Shown here piece by piece: positions 52,596-64,000 of a DNA stretch of 64,000 bases. The DNA comes from Octopus sinensis. Taxonomy: Eukaryota. The stretch is taken from the NCBI RefSeq assembly GCF_006345805.1, contig NC_043000.1:68510001-68574000 (forward strand). The letters run 5' to 3'. Each line of letters opens with the position of its first letter. Position 1 is the stretch's first letter. A program made the position numbers and the translations under genes. The notes beneath the pieces are model-generated. The model was not told the DNA's origin, did no database searches, and saw nothing but the letters and a program-made list of their open reading frames with translations.

Positions 52596-53316
52596 TGCAA
52601 CTGTGTATCATTTTGGTTTATTTCTTTATTCGTTAAAGAAATCAATGATGGGGAAATGATCTGTCCTTCAGCAGTCAAGTGTTGGAGTTATATTTAGATG
52701 GCGGCAAGTTCAAAAAGAAATTCTGTTTAGCTTTCAATTTAGGTATAAGGAGCTAGGCGGCGCTTGTTGGTAGAAATAACTTCAACTGGATTGAGTGATA
52801 TCAGAATTAGGTAAAGTGGATGGCGTCCCTGGTCTGGAGTGGGAATGCGTTGCGGGGGAGTGAAGGTATGCTGGGAAGCGTGATGTGGGTGAGTAGAAGA
52901 TACGGGTTCATTAGTGACCCACACCACCCGCCATTTCACCCCGATTTGAGCAAACTAAAAGGATGACAATAGAAGTATCATAATTTTCTGTTTGCAAGCC
53001 GGGGTAACAGCGAAAATACTTTTTAGATATTGATAGAAAGGAATTTCACTGTCATCCTTAAAACTGACAAAAGTAAAAAAAAGAAAACTCCGACTCACCC
53101 AGCTACTCTCTTTTGTTTCATTCATTTCATAGGGAAAGCTCGAGAACTGTTGTAACTGTTTTTTCTAACTATAAACCTTTCACCTACTTTCTCCCTTTCT
53201 CTCATTCTCTTTCGCTGTAATGGCTTTTCTTTTTATTTTTCATTTCTTTAGCTGCCTCTTCTCTTCATGTGTTGGACATACACGCATATTACGCACACAT
53301 ACACAAACGTACACAC

Positions 53317-53348
<32 letters not shown>

Positions 53349-53991
53349 ATATATATACATACAGGTATATACACGTACACACACACACATGTACAAACAC
53401 TCAAACACACACATGCACACACACGTGCACACACACACACACATACACACACACACGGTATTATTTCATATAATAAAGTATGTTAGTGTGTCGTGAAATG
53501 GGAGGAAATATCTAACGTAGGTTACTGAATCGAAAAACAGAAATGATTTTCCTCTTTCATGCTTTTTCTCTCTATTAATTAATTCTTGCTAACGCATATC
53601 AATATATACTTATTTGGAACTATCGAAGATTTTTTCTTTTAAACTAACTATTATATATTTCCACAGAAGGAAATATTACGTATCTATTGTTTTATATATG
53701 TGTGTGTGTGCGCGCGTGTATGTATGTATATGTATGTAAGTATGTATGTGTGTATGTATGTACATATGTACACACATGTATGAATGAATATATGAAAATA
53801 TACTTATATGTGTGTGTGCGTGTGTGTGAGAGAGAGAGAGAGAGAGTTTGGAGAGATATATCATCCGAGCAGACACCGTGGCTCTCAGTTAAGTTCCAGT
53901 TAACGACTAACCACTTTGGTCAGTATTTAACGTCGGTGCAGGGGAAACACGTGTAGGTCATTAGAATAAATTCTGTGGATGATCATTATTA

Positions 53992-54037
<46 letters not shown>

Positions 54038-54157
54038 TATATATTCAGATGAATATGGTACTTAAGTTGAAGGCACCAGAATTTAGAATGGTATTATCCA
54101 TATAATTTAAAATAAGGCGATTATAGTCAAAATGAGCAATAAGAATATCCAGAGGTA

Positions 54158-54246
54158 ATGCAGTACGATCGTTTCATGCGACTACATTTAATTGAACAAT
54201 GCAAATATTACATCAATTTAAAATGTAGAGCAATCTTCAACTGCAT
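54158..54246 (-). ncRNA. Hammerhead motif, left arm (C3 changed to U)
   Basis: AUGCAG-UUGAAGA-long stem II-GAAA-CGAUCG-UA-CUGCAU. Confidence 0.55.
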
Positions 54247-54764
54247 AAAAATATAGAATTTGGTTAAATTGGAAGGACTCATTAGTATAATTTTATCCAA
54301 AATCACCAAGTGGATAAGGAGATAAACAAAGAACATGTTTTACCAACAACATCACAGTTGTAACTGAGATTTTTCAAAAAGGACACAGCTTTTCACTGAT
54401 TATTTCTGTTATTTAGATTTAATTAGGGGGGAGGGGAGTCAGATTAGATTTAATTATGGGGAACATCTTCTCTGAAGTATCTTCTCGCTGAACCAAATGG
54501 TTTTGCTTCAAAGAAATCTTGATTTATGATTTTGCCACTTAAATTGTCTATCTATTTTGCCTAGATTTGATAAACTAGCCTATAAATTAAAACTGAACTC
54601 CCCACCATAATTAAATCTAAATAACAGAAATAATCAATGAAAAGCAGTGTCTTTTTTTTAAAATCTCAGTTACAACTGTGATGTTGTTGGTAAAACATGT
54701 TCTTGTGATTTTGGATAAAGTTATACTGATGAGTCCTTCGAATGTAACCAAATACTATATTCTT

Positions 54765-54852
54765 ATGCAGCTGAAGATTGCTCTACTTTTTAATTAATGT
54801 AATGTTTGCATTGTTCAATTAAATGGAGTCGCATGAAACGATCGTACTGCAT
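54765..54852 (+). ncRNA. Type I hammerhead ribozyme, right arm
   Basis: Stem I AUGCAG/CUGCAU, CUGAAGA, 57-nt irregular stem II, GAAA, palindromic CGAUCG, predicted GUA cleavage after 54846. Confidence 0.75.
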
Positions 54853-55250
54853 TACCTCTGGATATCCTTGATGCTTATTTTGATTTTATATATATATTAA
54901 ATTTTGTGTCTGTCTATAAATATATGTATATGTATATATATCTTTATGAGTGTGTATTTGTGTGTGTATAACTGTATGTGTGCATGTGTTCGTTGGTTTT
55001 TTTTTCTGTATCATTCTATTTACATTATGTTGTTGTTCTAGATTCGAAGTAATTCCGTATAATATATTGAAATCTAATGATTTGGTAAACTTAACACGAA
55101 AATACATTCGTGCTTTATGTTAGAAATATACATACATAAGTATATGCTCTTGTGTGTGTATATATACTCACATACATACATGCATATACCTACATATGCA
55201 CATACATTCACATACATATACACACATATCGATACACATACCTCTATATA

Positions 55251-55281
<31 letters not shown>

Positions 55282-55285
55282 ATAT

Positions 55286-56592
55286 GCAGGCCTTCGACAC
55301 TTTCTTGACCTCCGCTCTAACCCTGTACCTGACACCTCCACACTCATTCGTCTGGCCGAACTTGTCCTTACTCTGAACTGCTTCTCGTTCGCGGGCGAGT
55401 TCTACCATCAGGTATCGGGAGTGGCCATGGGAACGCGAATGGGCCCCAACTATGCGAACCTGTTCGTTGGCTATGTTGAGGCCCAAAATATTCTCTAATT
55501 TCACTGGTCCCACTCCTGAACTATATGGTCGTTACATTGACGACATTATCGGTGCCACCTCACTCTCCCCTGAACATCTAGATTCCTTCTTCTCTTTCGT
55601 CCAATCTTTCCATCCTGCCCTCCACTTCACTTCCACTATCTCCAACACCTCTGTCTCCTTCCTCGACATTTCGGTTAGCATTCTTCACTCCACTCTTACC
55701 ACCTCCATTCACTACAAACACACAGACTCACACTCATACCTCAACTTCTCTTCCTCCCACCCAGAACACACTAAGCTTTCCATCCCCTATTCATTCCCAA
55801 TTCCTCCGTCTACGTAGGCTCTGTAGTGACGACCATGACTTTGAGACTCAGTCTCAACGTATGGCTCACCACTTCACCCTACGTGGATACCCCCTCACCA
55901 CTATCCCACCACCGCCTTTGCCAGAGCACGGTCCGTGGACCGTGTATCTGCTCTCTCTCCCCGAACCCGCCCTAGTCCTCTCCCGCATCCATTTTCCCCT
56001 CACTTACCACCCCCGACCCACGTCTCCAACGCACCATTCTTCGAGCTTTCCGTCATCTCCAGTCCGACCCGTCCACTTCACACTCTTCCCTAACCGACCC
56101 CTCCCCTCTTTCAAACGAGCCACAACCTTCGAGACCTTTGGTCCATAGCTCCTTCCCTGACCCTACCTCCCAACCCGGCTCGTTCCCCTGCTCCCGCCCC
56201 GTTGCCGCACTTGCCCTTACCTCTCCAACACCACCCCCCTCACTAGCACCCACCATCGACCCTATCCCATCATCCACTCCTTCACCTGCACCTCCAGCAA
56301 TATTATCTATTGCGTCTCTTGCTCTCTCTGCAATTCCTTGTACATCGGACAAACGGGACGTCGTTTGGCTGACCGGTTCGCGGAACACCTTTGTGACATC
56401 CACCTTGCGAACGACACACCGGTCTCACGCCATTTCCGCTCCACCGGTCACTCCTTGCAACACCTATCTGTGTTCGGTTTGTCCTTACACAGAGGCCATC
56501 CGGATTCCCGTTTGCGCCGTGAACAGGAATTAATCTTCTCTCTTCGCTCTTATACGCCATTTGGTCTCAACTCTCCCCCCCTCCTCATCTAA
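55286..56592 (+). pseudogene. Penelope RT (YIDD) + GIY-YIG endonuclease with frameshifts
   Basis: LVLTLNCFSFAGEFYHQVSGVAMGTRMGPNYANLF, RYIDDI, SFLDISV, HYKHTDSHSYLNFSSSHP, FTCTSSNIIYC, YIGQTGRRLADRFAEH. Confidence 0.95.
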
Positions 56593-57413
56593 CCCCCCTC
56601 TCCCCCCTCCTCACCTATCCTTCCCCCCCGACCCCTACTTCTTCAGTCCTTCATCCTTTCACCCCTACTCCCCTTCCCTTCTTCCCTCTTTCTCCCTCCC
56701 TCCTTCCCTCTTCCCCTTCCCTCTGGTCTCACTCCCCTTCTCTATCCCCCTCTCCCTCTTTCCTCCTTCCTCCCCCTCCTCCATCTCCCCCTCCTCTCCT
56801 CTTCCCCCTCTCCTCCCCCTTTTTCCCCTCCCCTTCCTCTCCCCTCTTATCCCCCCTCTTCTCCTCACTACACCACACGACTTTACACATCACATCATAT
56901 ATGATGTGCCATACTAATACATACACCAACTAATACATACTAATAGGTACTAATACATACTAATACATACACCAACCCTATACATACACACGTCCAGACC
57001 CTTCATATGCACTTATACTCTCTCATACACACACCCACACACTTATACATATTAATACGTACTAATACATACTAATACATACTAATACATACACCAACCC
57101 CATACATACGCACGTCCATACCTATCCTACGCACTAATACTCTCTCATACACACACACACACACACCCTTATACATACTAATACATACTAATACATACAC
57201 CAACCCTATACATACACACGTCCAGACCTGTCCTACGCACTAATAGCTGGTCATTCAACCCTACTATCAACCCTATTATCTCCCCTTATTTCGCTCTCGC
57301 GTCTCATGTTTGATCTTTGACCTCTGGCCGAAATCAGATCGCCATGTTGATTCGTTAGTTACTGCACGCATTTTTTTCTCTCCTTCTTTCTGTGTTTTTT
57401 TTCTCTCTGTGTA

Positions 57414-57451
57414 TCTTTCTGTTGAAGAGCGTAGGCTCGAAACGTTAAAAA
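57414..57451 (+). ncRNA. Minimal hammerhead-like motif in the Penelope 3' repeat (A6 changed to U)
   Basis: UCUUU-CUGUUGA-A-GAGC guag GCUC-GAAA-CG-UU-AAAAA. Confidence 0.55.
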
Positions 57452-57548
57452 CTTGTTTTATTTATATTTCCTGAGCGCCATACTAATACAATTGTTTGTT
57501 TGTTTTCCACCTGCCTTCGTCTTTTGTCTATTTTCATAAAGCTTCCCG

Positions 57549-57587
<39 letters not shown>

Positions 57588-57588
<1 letters not shown>

Positions 57589-57830
57589 GGAAAATAAGAC
57601 AAGGTAGAAAAGGCTAAAATAATTTTATCTTGAACAACATTTTAGTACTGGTTCCAGTCTTTGCGACTTTTTCAACTTAAAGTAAAGCATAAAAAACAAT
57701 TAAACTGTGGAAAAATTAAATGAAATGTTTTAAAAATACTTCCATAGTTTTCAAATGTAAGGGACGTTTTCCTTTTTTTCTGTCTATCCTTGTCTCTCAT
57801 TTTACTCATGTGAGTTCTAGGTAGTAGGCA
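57588..57830 (-). mobile_element. Solo pLTR related to the 3' end of the 34777-36305 element
   Basis: Colinear with 34780-34950 (GTAC.GGTT.CAGTC...GACTTTTTCAACT ... TTTACTC.TGTG.GTTC.AGGT); carries a mutated U3-A8 hammerhead at 57641-57680. Confidence 0.7.
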
Positions 57831-57910
57831 GCAGATAGTAGTAGTCCTATTTGGTATGGATTCTTGTTTTTGATTGTTTAAGCAGCAGTAGTAGTTGAAA
57901 AAGGAGGCAA

Positions 57911-58030
57911 AGAAGAAGAAGAAGAAGAAGAAGAAGAAGAAGAAGAAGAAGAAGAAGAAGAAGAAGAAGAAGAAGAAGAAGAAGAAGAAGAAGAAGAGGA
58001 GGAGGAGGAGGAGGAGGAGGAAGAGGACGA
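57911..58030. repeat. (GAA)n(GAG)n microsatellite
   Basis: Direct reading. Confidence 0.95.
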
Positions 58031-58109
58031 GGAATAAAAATGTGCGGGAGTGGTAAGGCAGTAGTACGATGTTGTTGGAATCCTCTTAAACGGTCAAGTG
58101 TCCTAATTC

Positions 58110-58277
58110 CTTCTATTATAGGTACAAGGCTTGAAATTTGTGTGGAGGGACTAAGTCGATTATGAAACGAAAGCAAAGTCGACCTCGGTGGGATTTGAAC
58201 TCAGAACGTAAAGACGGATGAAATACCGCTAAGCATTCTGTCTGGCGTGCTAACGATCCTGTCAGCTTGCCGCCATT
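58110..58277 (-). mobile_element. SINE family A with internal deletion
   Basis: GCAAAGTCGACCTCGG..TTTGAACTCAGAACGTAAAGACGG..AATACCGCTAAGCATT. Confidence 0.8.
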
Positions 58278-58289
58278 ATATATATATAT

Positions 58290-58498
58290 TTCAATATGTG
58301 TCCGCGTGCGTATCGTTGGTGATTTTCTTTCTTCGTCTTCCCTTTCTTGGACTTTTCCTTTGTTCTATATTTCTGACGAAGAGCTCCGCTCGAAACGTTA
58401 AATTCTCATTCTTTCTTTCCTTTCCTGAGTGTCCAATAACACTATACTTGTTCCACGTCCTTGCGTTGTGTTTTCTCTTTGTTCATGTTTGGATTAAT

Positions 58499-58500
<2 letters not shown>
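58290..58500 (+). mobile_element. Solo Penelope pLTR between (TA)n tracts
   Basis: Same layout as 57360-57550 (hammerhead, TTCCTGAG.G.C.A, TTCCAC.T.C, T-rich end). Confidence 0.75.
58369..58403 (+). ncRNA. Minimal type I hammerhead ribozyme motif
   Basis: AUUU-CUGACGA-A-GAGC ucc GCUC-GAAA-CG-UU-AAAU. Confidence 0.75.
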
Positions 58501-58577
<77 letters not shown>

Positions 58578-58910
58578 TATCCCTTTAAAACGACAACCAC
58601 TTTAACAGTACCAGAATCACCAGCTCGCTAATTTGCCAATGGCTCTTCAGCAACAACAAGCACCAATAAGCTAAGTAACTACTACTAAATTCAGACCAAC
58701 AGGCAAACAGGATGTTTTTGAAGCCGATGATTTTAAAATTACGGAGACAATATTTTCATATCGTCTGAGGAAACAACTAGATCTCATAATACAGGGAAAC
58801 AGTTACATAATCAAGTACCTGCACACTTGGAGAACTGCGTTACGGGGAAACGATTGTAGTGATTAAAAAATTAATGCCCAAGCGTACCCCATGTGAATGT
58901 GTGTATGTGC

Positions 58911-58929
<19 letters not shown>

Positions 58930-58950
<21 letters not shown>

Positions 58951-59130
58951 ATTTGTCCCGCCATTACTGCTTGTCTGTGTGTTCATGTCCCCGTAACTCA
59001 GTAGTTCGGCAAAAGCGGGGGATAGATACTAGTCTTGAAAAGAAGCCCTGGGATCGATTTGTTCGACTAAAATCCTTCAAGGAATTGCTGAGCATGGCCG
59101 CAGTCAAATGACTAAGTAATGTAAAATAGA
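58930..59130 (+). mobile_element. SINE family B, 3' part
   Basis: GTCCCCGTAACT.AG..GTTCGGCAAAAG..TTCGACTAAAA.CCTTCAAGG..AGCATGGCCGCAGTCAAATGACT. Confidence 0.7.
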
Positions 59131-59333
59131 TAAAATATATACACGCGCCCGCACACACACACACACACACACACACACAGATATATAGAGAAAGGAGGAG
59201 GGAGAGAGAGACACACATGCATGCATATATATACCAATTCATTTCGTTTTCTATACCGCTATCACTATTCGTATCCGTCAATTTATATATTTATCAATAT
59301 ATCAAATCCTCTGTACGAGTATATATATATATT

Positions 59334-59399
<66 letters not shown>

Positions 59400-59403
<4 letters not shown>

Positions 59404-60422
59404 GGTATGTAGAAAAATACAACATGGACAAGAACGTATAACTCTTAGAAGACGACACAATAAACACGGACAGGACATTCGAAACCCTCAGTCTTCAGTC
59501 AAGAACCGGATCATCGTAGTAATTTCGGCTGATTAATCTTGAGATTACTAGATCACGGCCAGCCCTCCAAGAAAAACTAAGCAACGAGCATTAGAAAAAC
59601 TAAGCTGGGAGCGTAGATTTCCTGGAAGAAGGATCGAATGCATACGAACACCAGGACAGCAAAAGGGACAGATATAAAAAAACAAAAAACAATAATGGAA
59701 TACAGAAACATGAAATACAGAAGCATTAACGGTGAAAACAACAAGTGTCTTACGACTGATAACAAGCAAACAAATTTTTTCTCTGGCGCATTGGAAAGGA
59801 GCCTTATCGGCGATGCCTATAGCGGCGGACGAAAAATAACGATGTTAACACGACGCTGGTGAGAAGCTGAAAGGCAGATTTCGGCCAGCAGTCACGTGAC
59901 AGAGAAGAGAGAAAAGAAAAGAAAGAGAAGCAAAGGAAGAGAGAGAGAGAGGAGGGACAAACGCAACAAAGAGAGAGAAGAGAGAGAAAGAAGGAATCAG
60001 AGAGGAGAAGCGATGGGTGTCGAAGATTGACCTGTGAGTGCAGAGCGAGACAAAGAAATAGGAGGGTAGTGGAAGATTAGACCAAAGAATCAGAGGAAAG
60101 AGAAGAGAAAAAGAGGATGAGTAGAGAGAAAAGAGAGAGAAGGGGACAGATCAAGTAAAAGTGAGAGAGAGAGAGAGAGAGACAAACAGAGAGTCGTACC
60201 AATTATTAAGAATATGTGCTCACATTAATGTTAAGAGGGTACGTGGCGCCTGGAATATATGTTAAGGTATGTAGAAAAATACAACATGGACAAGAACGTA
60301 TAACTCTTAGAAGACGACACAATAAACACGGACAGGACATTCGAAACCCTCAGTCTTCAGTCAAGAACCGGATCATCGTAGTAATTTCGGCTGATTAATC
60401 TTGAGATTACTAGATCACGGCC

Positions 60423-60423
<1 letters not shown>
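59400..60423 (-). mobile_element. Non-coding element with identical 162-bp direct terminal repeats, inserted in (TA)n
   Basis: 59400-59561 equals 60262-60423; period 862 bp; strand inferred from the CTGAAGA motif and T-rich tail. Confidence 0.85.
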
Positions 60424-60477
<54 letters not shown>

Positions 60478-60991
60478 CGTGTGTGTGTGTGTGTGTGTAC
60501 ACGTTGCACACGCATATGATGATGAACATTATTATTATATACTATACTTGGTTTCACTGTTCTCCATATTACATGCATGCATATAGACATATACATATAC
60601 GTAGATATATACACACAGACATATATATACATACGTAAATATATTTATATACACACGCACATATATATACATACATATATGTGTGTGTGTGTGAGTGTAG
60701 AGAGAGAGAGAGGGGGGTGAGGCTAGCGAAGGGAAGAATACGCTCGCGTGGAAACTATCCAGATGCTTTGCATCGTTTTTGCATGATATCAAATTTCTTT
60801 AACTGATATATCTTGATGACACTTCTATTCTGATTTATCAATATTTCATTCAGCCATTTGAGTCAAAACAACTTCCGAAATCGCATTGTTTTCTTTTTCT
60901 TTTCTTTTCATTTTTTGTGCATTAGTTTTTCTTGACGCAAATGATAAACAATAGAGTAAGGAGACCACTTCACAGAAGGGAAAAAAGGTAC

Positions 60992-61105
<114 letters not shown>

Positions 61106-61899
61106 TCTATCTGTCTGTACATACGAGAGATGGAGAATGAGGGACAGAGAGGGGAGAGAGAGTATGAGTGAGTGAGTCACTGAGTGAAGGAATAAATGAA
61201 TGAGTGAGAAAGTGAGAGAGAGAGAAGGAGTGAGTAAATGAATGAGTATGTGTATGTGAGGAAGAGAGAGAGAGAGAGAGAGAAAGAAAGAAAGAAAAAG
61301 AGCGAGAGTGAGAGAGAGAGATCAATGATTTGTAAACATATGATAGAGAATTTAGTGATGATTGAAGTTAAGAGTAGATGGAAGAATGAAAAGGAGAAAT
61401 GTTTGTAGTAAACAAAAAAATATGATAATGGAATAAAAGGAAAGAGAGACAGACGGTTGCATGTATGAGAAATTTGAGAACAGGACAGAGAATCATAGAC
61501 ATGTTTTACGTAGTGTGAAGTGAGATATAAATGACATGATGAAGAACGGAATAACGAAAAACGAAACAAAGCTAAGAAGAGAAAAATAAAATAAAATAAA
61601 CGAAGCTTGGTGGAAGAAAGAAATGAAGAATGTGTGAGATGAAGAAAAGGAATTATTGTTTGCCCTGGACACAAATAAATAATTATGTAGAGGGTAAGTT
61701 TGTGTGAGGGATGAGAGAAAGATTAAGGTTTAAACGTGATTTTCATGTGAATCCAAATGATTGAGAAGTCAAAATGCGTAAACAGATTTTTTAAAAGTTA
61801 ATAGGGAAAGACATTAAACTGTGAAAGCAGAGATGATTAATGAACGGAAGAAACTTGGACTTAAAGATCGAGAAAAACATTATGGAAACGATTAATGGA

Positions 61900-62150
61900 T
61901 TTTTTCTGCTTGGCTGCCACTTTTGAATTTCTTCAATTTCGTTCCAATTGAATTTTCAAATTTGATGTATTGATGTAGTTTTTTGAATGCTCATTAACAG
62001 GAAATTCGCTTTCGCCATAAATCAATAAATAAAGAGTTAATAGCTTTTAAAGTTATCAAATGTTTGGTAATTTTAGCCAATCGAAGGCCAAAGACATGTA
62101 GGTGCCTGTTTCCATAGTAACAAGGCAAGCGTTGAAAAAGTGTTTACGAA
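61900..62150. repeat. Dispersed repeat, inverse copy of about 21280-21480
   Basis: TAAATCAATAAATAAAGAGTTA..TTTTAGCCAATCG..GCCTGTTTCCA.AG.AAC is mirrored at 21290-21400. Confidence 0.65.
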
Positions 62151-63669
62151 AAGCCACGTTTTTTCAAACTGATATTTTACTTTGTGTTTTCCTTCTTAAA
62201 CCTATCTTTTTCTGCTCTTAAAACTATAATGTGTGTCCTTTACTCCTTTTCGCATTGAATGCATATTGAATGTTTAAAACTACAAAATATGTGTTGTTTA
62301 CTCGTATTGGGGATCATTTTCGCTTAATAAATGCTTAGGACAGATGCTATCGTCGCAATGTTGACATTTTTGTTTCGTCATCGTACGATTGCTGTCACTC
62401 ACAAAAATCACTGCTTCCAAATCCTGTTTTCTGACTGGGTAAAAAGTATCAAACTTTAAACCTGTGTAACGTTAACAAAAAAGAACAAAACAAAATCTGG
62501 AATAAGTGAATTAGGTCCAGAGATTCTGCGTGAAAAATTATGTCAATACATTATGTTTGAAGATTTTCACTTGATTTTAAAATTTCAAAAAGTACAGCCA
62601 AGGGAAAAAACGAACCCCCCCCCCCAAAAAAAAAATACGGTAAATATGAATATTGATTTCTTTCAAAATAATGTATGAATATAGAGAGTACGAAACCCAC
62701 TTTGCAACCACGTGGTTTTGGGTTCCGTCCCACTGCGCAGTGCACTATACTATAACCAAATTGAGTTAATTTGGTAGGCGGAAACTGTGCGGAAACTCGT
62801 TGTGTGTAGGTCTTTGTGTTTTGCTTCCCCACTGCTGTTCGTTTGTTTACGTTCCCATAACAGTTCGTCAAAAGAGACTGATAGAATAACTACCAACTTT
62901 CTTGAAAAATAAGAACTGAGATCGATTTATGATTCACTTAAACCTGCCGTGACGGTTACCCTGAACGGCTGCTGTTCGATGTCTGAAACAAGTAAACGAT
63001 AAAAGGATAGAAGTGCTCAGCCTGGTCTTGACTCTGGTGGCTAAAGCAAATTAAACAGTTAAAGAAATTAAAAGAGCTAAAGAACCGTGTGATTAAAAAA
63101 TTCCCTTAGCGTCATCAGTCTGATCAGTATCTTCTGATCCGTATTTCATTTAGTAAACGGAAGGAAACTGTGCCGAAGCGCGTCATACAGGTACATGTGT
63201 GTGTCTGTTTGTTTGTCTTTGCATTCACATTTGCGTTGTGTTTCTTTTTGTCTCATAACTTAGCGGTTCGGCAGAGTTGGTTTAAATAAGTGCCGACTTG
63301 AAGTAAGCAACGATGCTGATGTGATCGACTTAATCAAATTAGAACAAGCAAAAAACAAATATCATTTGTAAATTAAAATGTAAAACCCTAACAGAAACCG
63401 GAACTTACATTAACGTAGCGATCTTCTATAGCCAGGGGTACATTTTGTCCTTGAGCAGAACACTTTAGTTTATATTTCTCCAATCCACTCAGCTAGCAAA
63501 AATTTTTCTGTATTTCGCATTTTGTGTCATGGTGGATCTCCCTGAGAACTACGTTAAGGTTACACTCAGCCACTTGCACGTTAATTTCACGAGCAGGCTG
63601 TTCCGTTGATTGGATCAACTGGAAAACTTGTCGTCGTTACCGACAGTGTCAGCTATACACACACACACA

Positions 63670-64000
63670 CAAGGCGGCAAGCTGGGGGAAACGTTAGCAC
63701 GCCGGGCGAAATGCTTAGCGGTATTTCGCCTGCCGTTACATTCTGAGTTCAAATTCCACCGAGGTCGACTTTGCCTTTCATCCTTTCGGGGTCGATTAAA
63801 TAAGTACCAGTTATGCACTGAGGTTGATGTAATCGACTTAATCCGTTTGTCTGTCCTTGTTTGTCCCCATAATCTATATAAGCATAATCCCTTGTGGGTA
63901 GTAAAGAAATAGGTATTTCGTCTGCCATTACGTTCTGAGGTCAAATTCCGCCGAGGTCAACTTTGCCTTTCATCCTTTCAGGGTCGATAAATTAAGTACC
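63670..64000 (+). mobile_element. SINE family A variant with a LINE-like tail, followed by a tandem partial unit
   Basis: Full head at 63671; tail ends TAAAGAAAT at 63910; unit restarts at GGTATTTCG (63912). Confidence 0.85.

Larger units (their letters stand above)
54125..54885. mobile_element. Non-coding foldback (about 300-bp arms, about 135-bp spacer) within (TA)n; inverted Penelope-type terminal repeats
   Basis: ATATCCAGAGGTAATGCAGTACGATCGTTTCATGCGACT is mirrored at about 54828-54866; homology continues inwards to about 54460/54598. Confidence 0.88.
55286..57550 (+). mobile_element. 5'-truncated Penelope-like element (Neptune type) inserted in (TA)n
   Basis: RT + GIY-YIG, polypyrimidine tract at 56570-56866, about 110-bp tandem units at 56912-57245, pLTR with hammerhead-like motif; (TA)n on both sides. 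Confidence 0.95.

Noticed and set aside
52743-52810. Possible coding exon with AG/GT boundaries
   Set aside because: Stop codons in all three frames; a non-coding exon cannot be supported without RNA data.
56912-57245. CRISPR-like repeat-spacer array
   Set aside because: Simple tandem units without unique spacers, in a eukaryotic retroelement UTR.
60244-60254. TGGCGCC as a tRNA primer-binding site of an LTR element
   Set aside because: Wrong position and orientation relative to the repeats, and too short.

Overview
Repeat-saturated, AT-rich animal genomic DNA. The SINE families and microsatellite load look like an octopus or other coleoid cephalopod (an inference). I find no intact host protein-coding gene; nearly all ORFs in the track are microsatellite artefacts. 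Decayed DNA transposons include a complete-ended Helitron and other Helitron pieces, Tc1 (D35E) and mariner (D34D) remnants, and hAT and Tc1-type MITEs. There are also two GG-ended, 8-bp-TSD foldback elements carrying TTAGGG repeats. Decayed retroelements include RTE, R4/Dong and Tx1/L1 LINE fragments, several tRNA-derived SINE families and two Neptune-type Penelope-like elements (RT + GIY-YIG). The most interesting signal is a set of non-coding, (TA)n-targeted Penelope-derived modules built around hammerhead ribozymes. They include two long palindromes with a hammerhead on each strand, U3-A8 covariant hammerheads, an 862-bp unit with perfect 162-bp terminal redundancy, and a recurring non-canonical hammerhead-like motif. 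Perfect fold-back duplications also sit next to (TA)n tracts. Boundaries of degenerate repeats are approximate, and all ribozyme calls come from pairing by eye and are untested.
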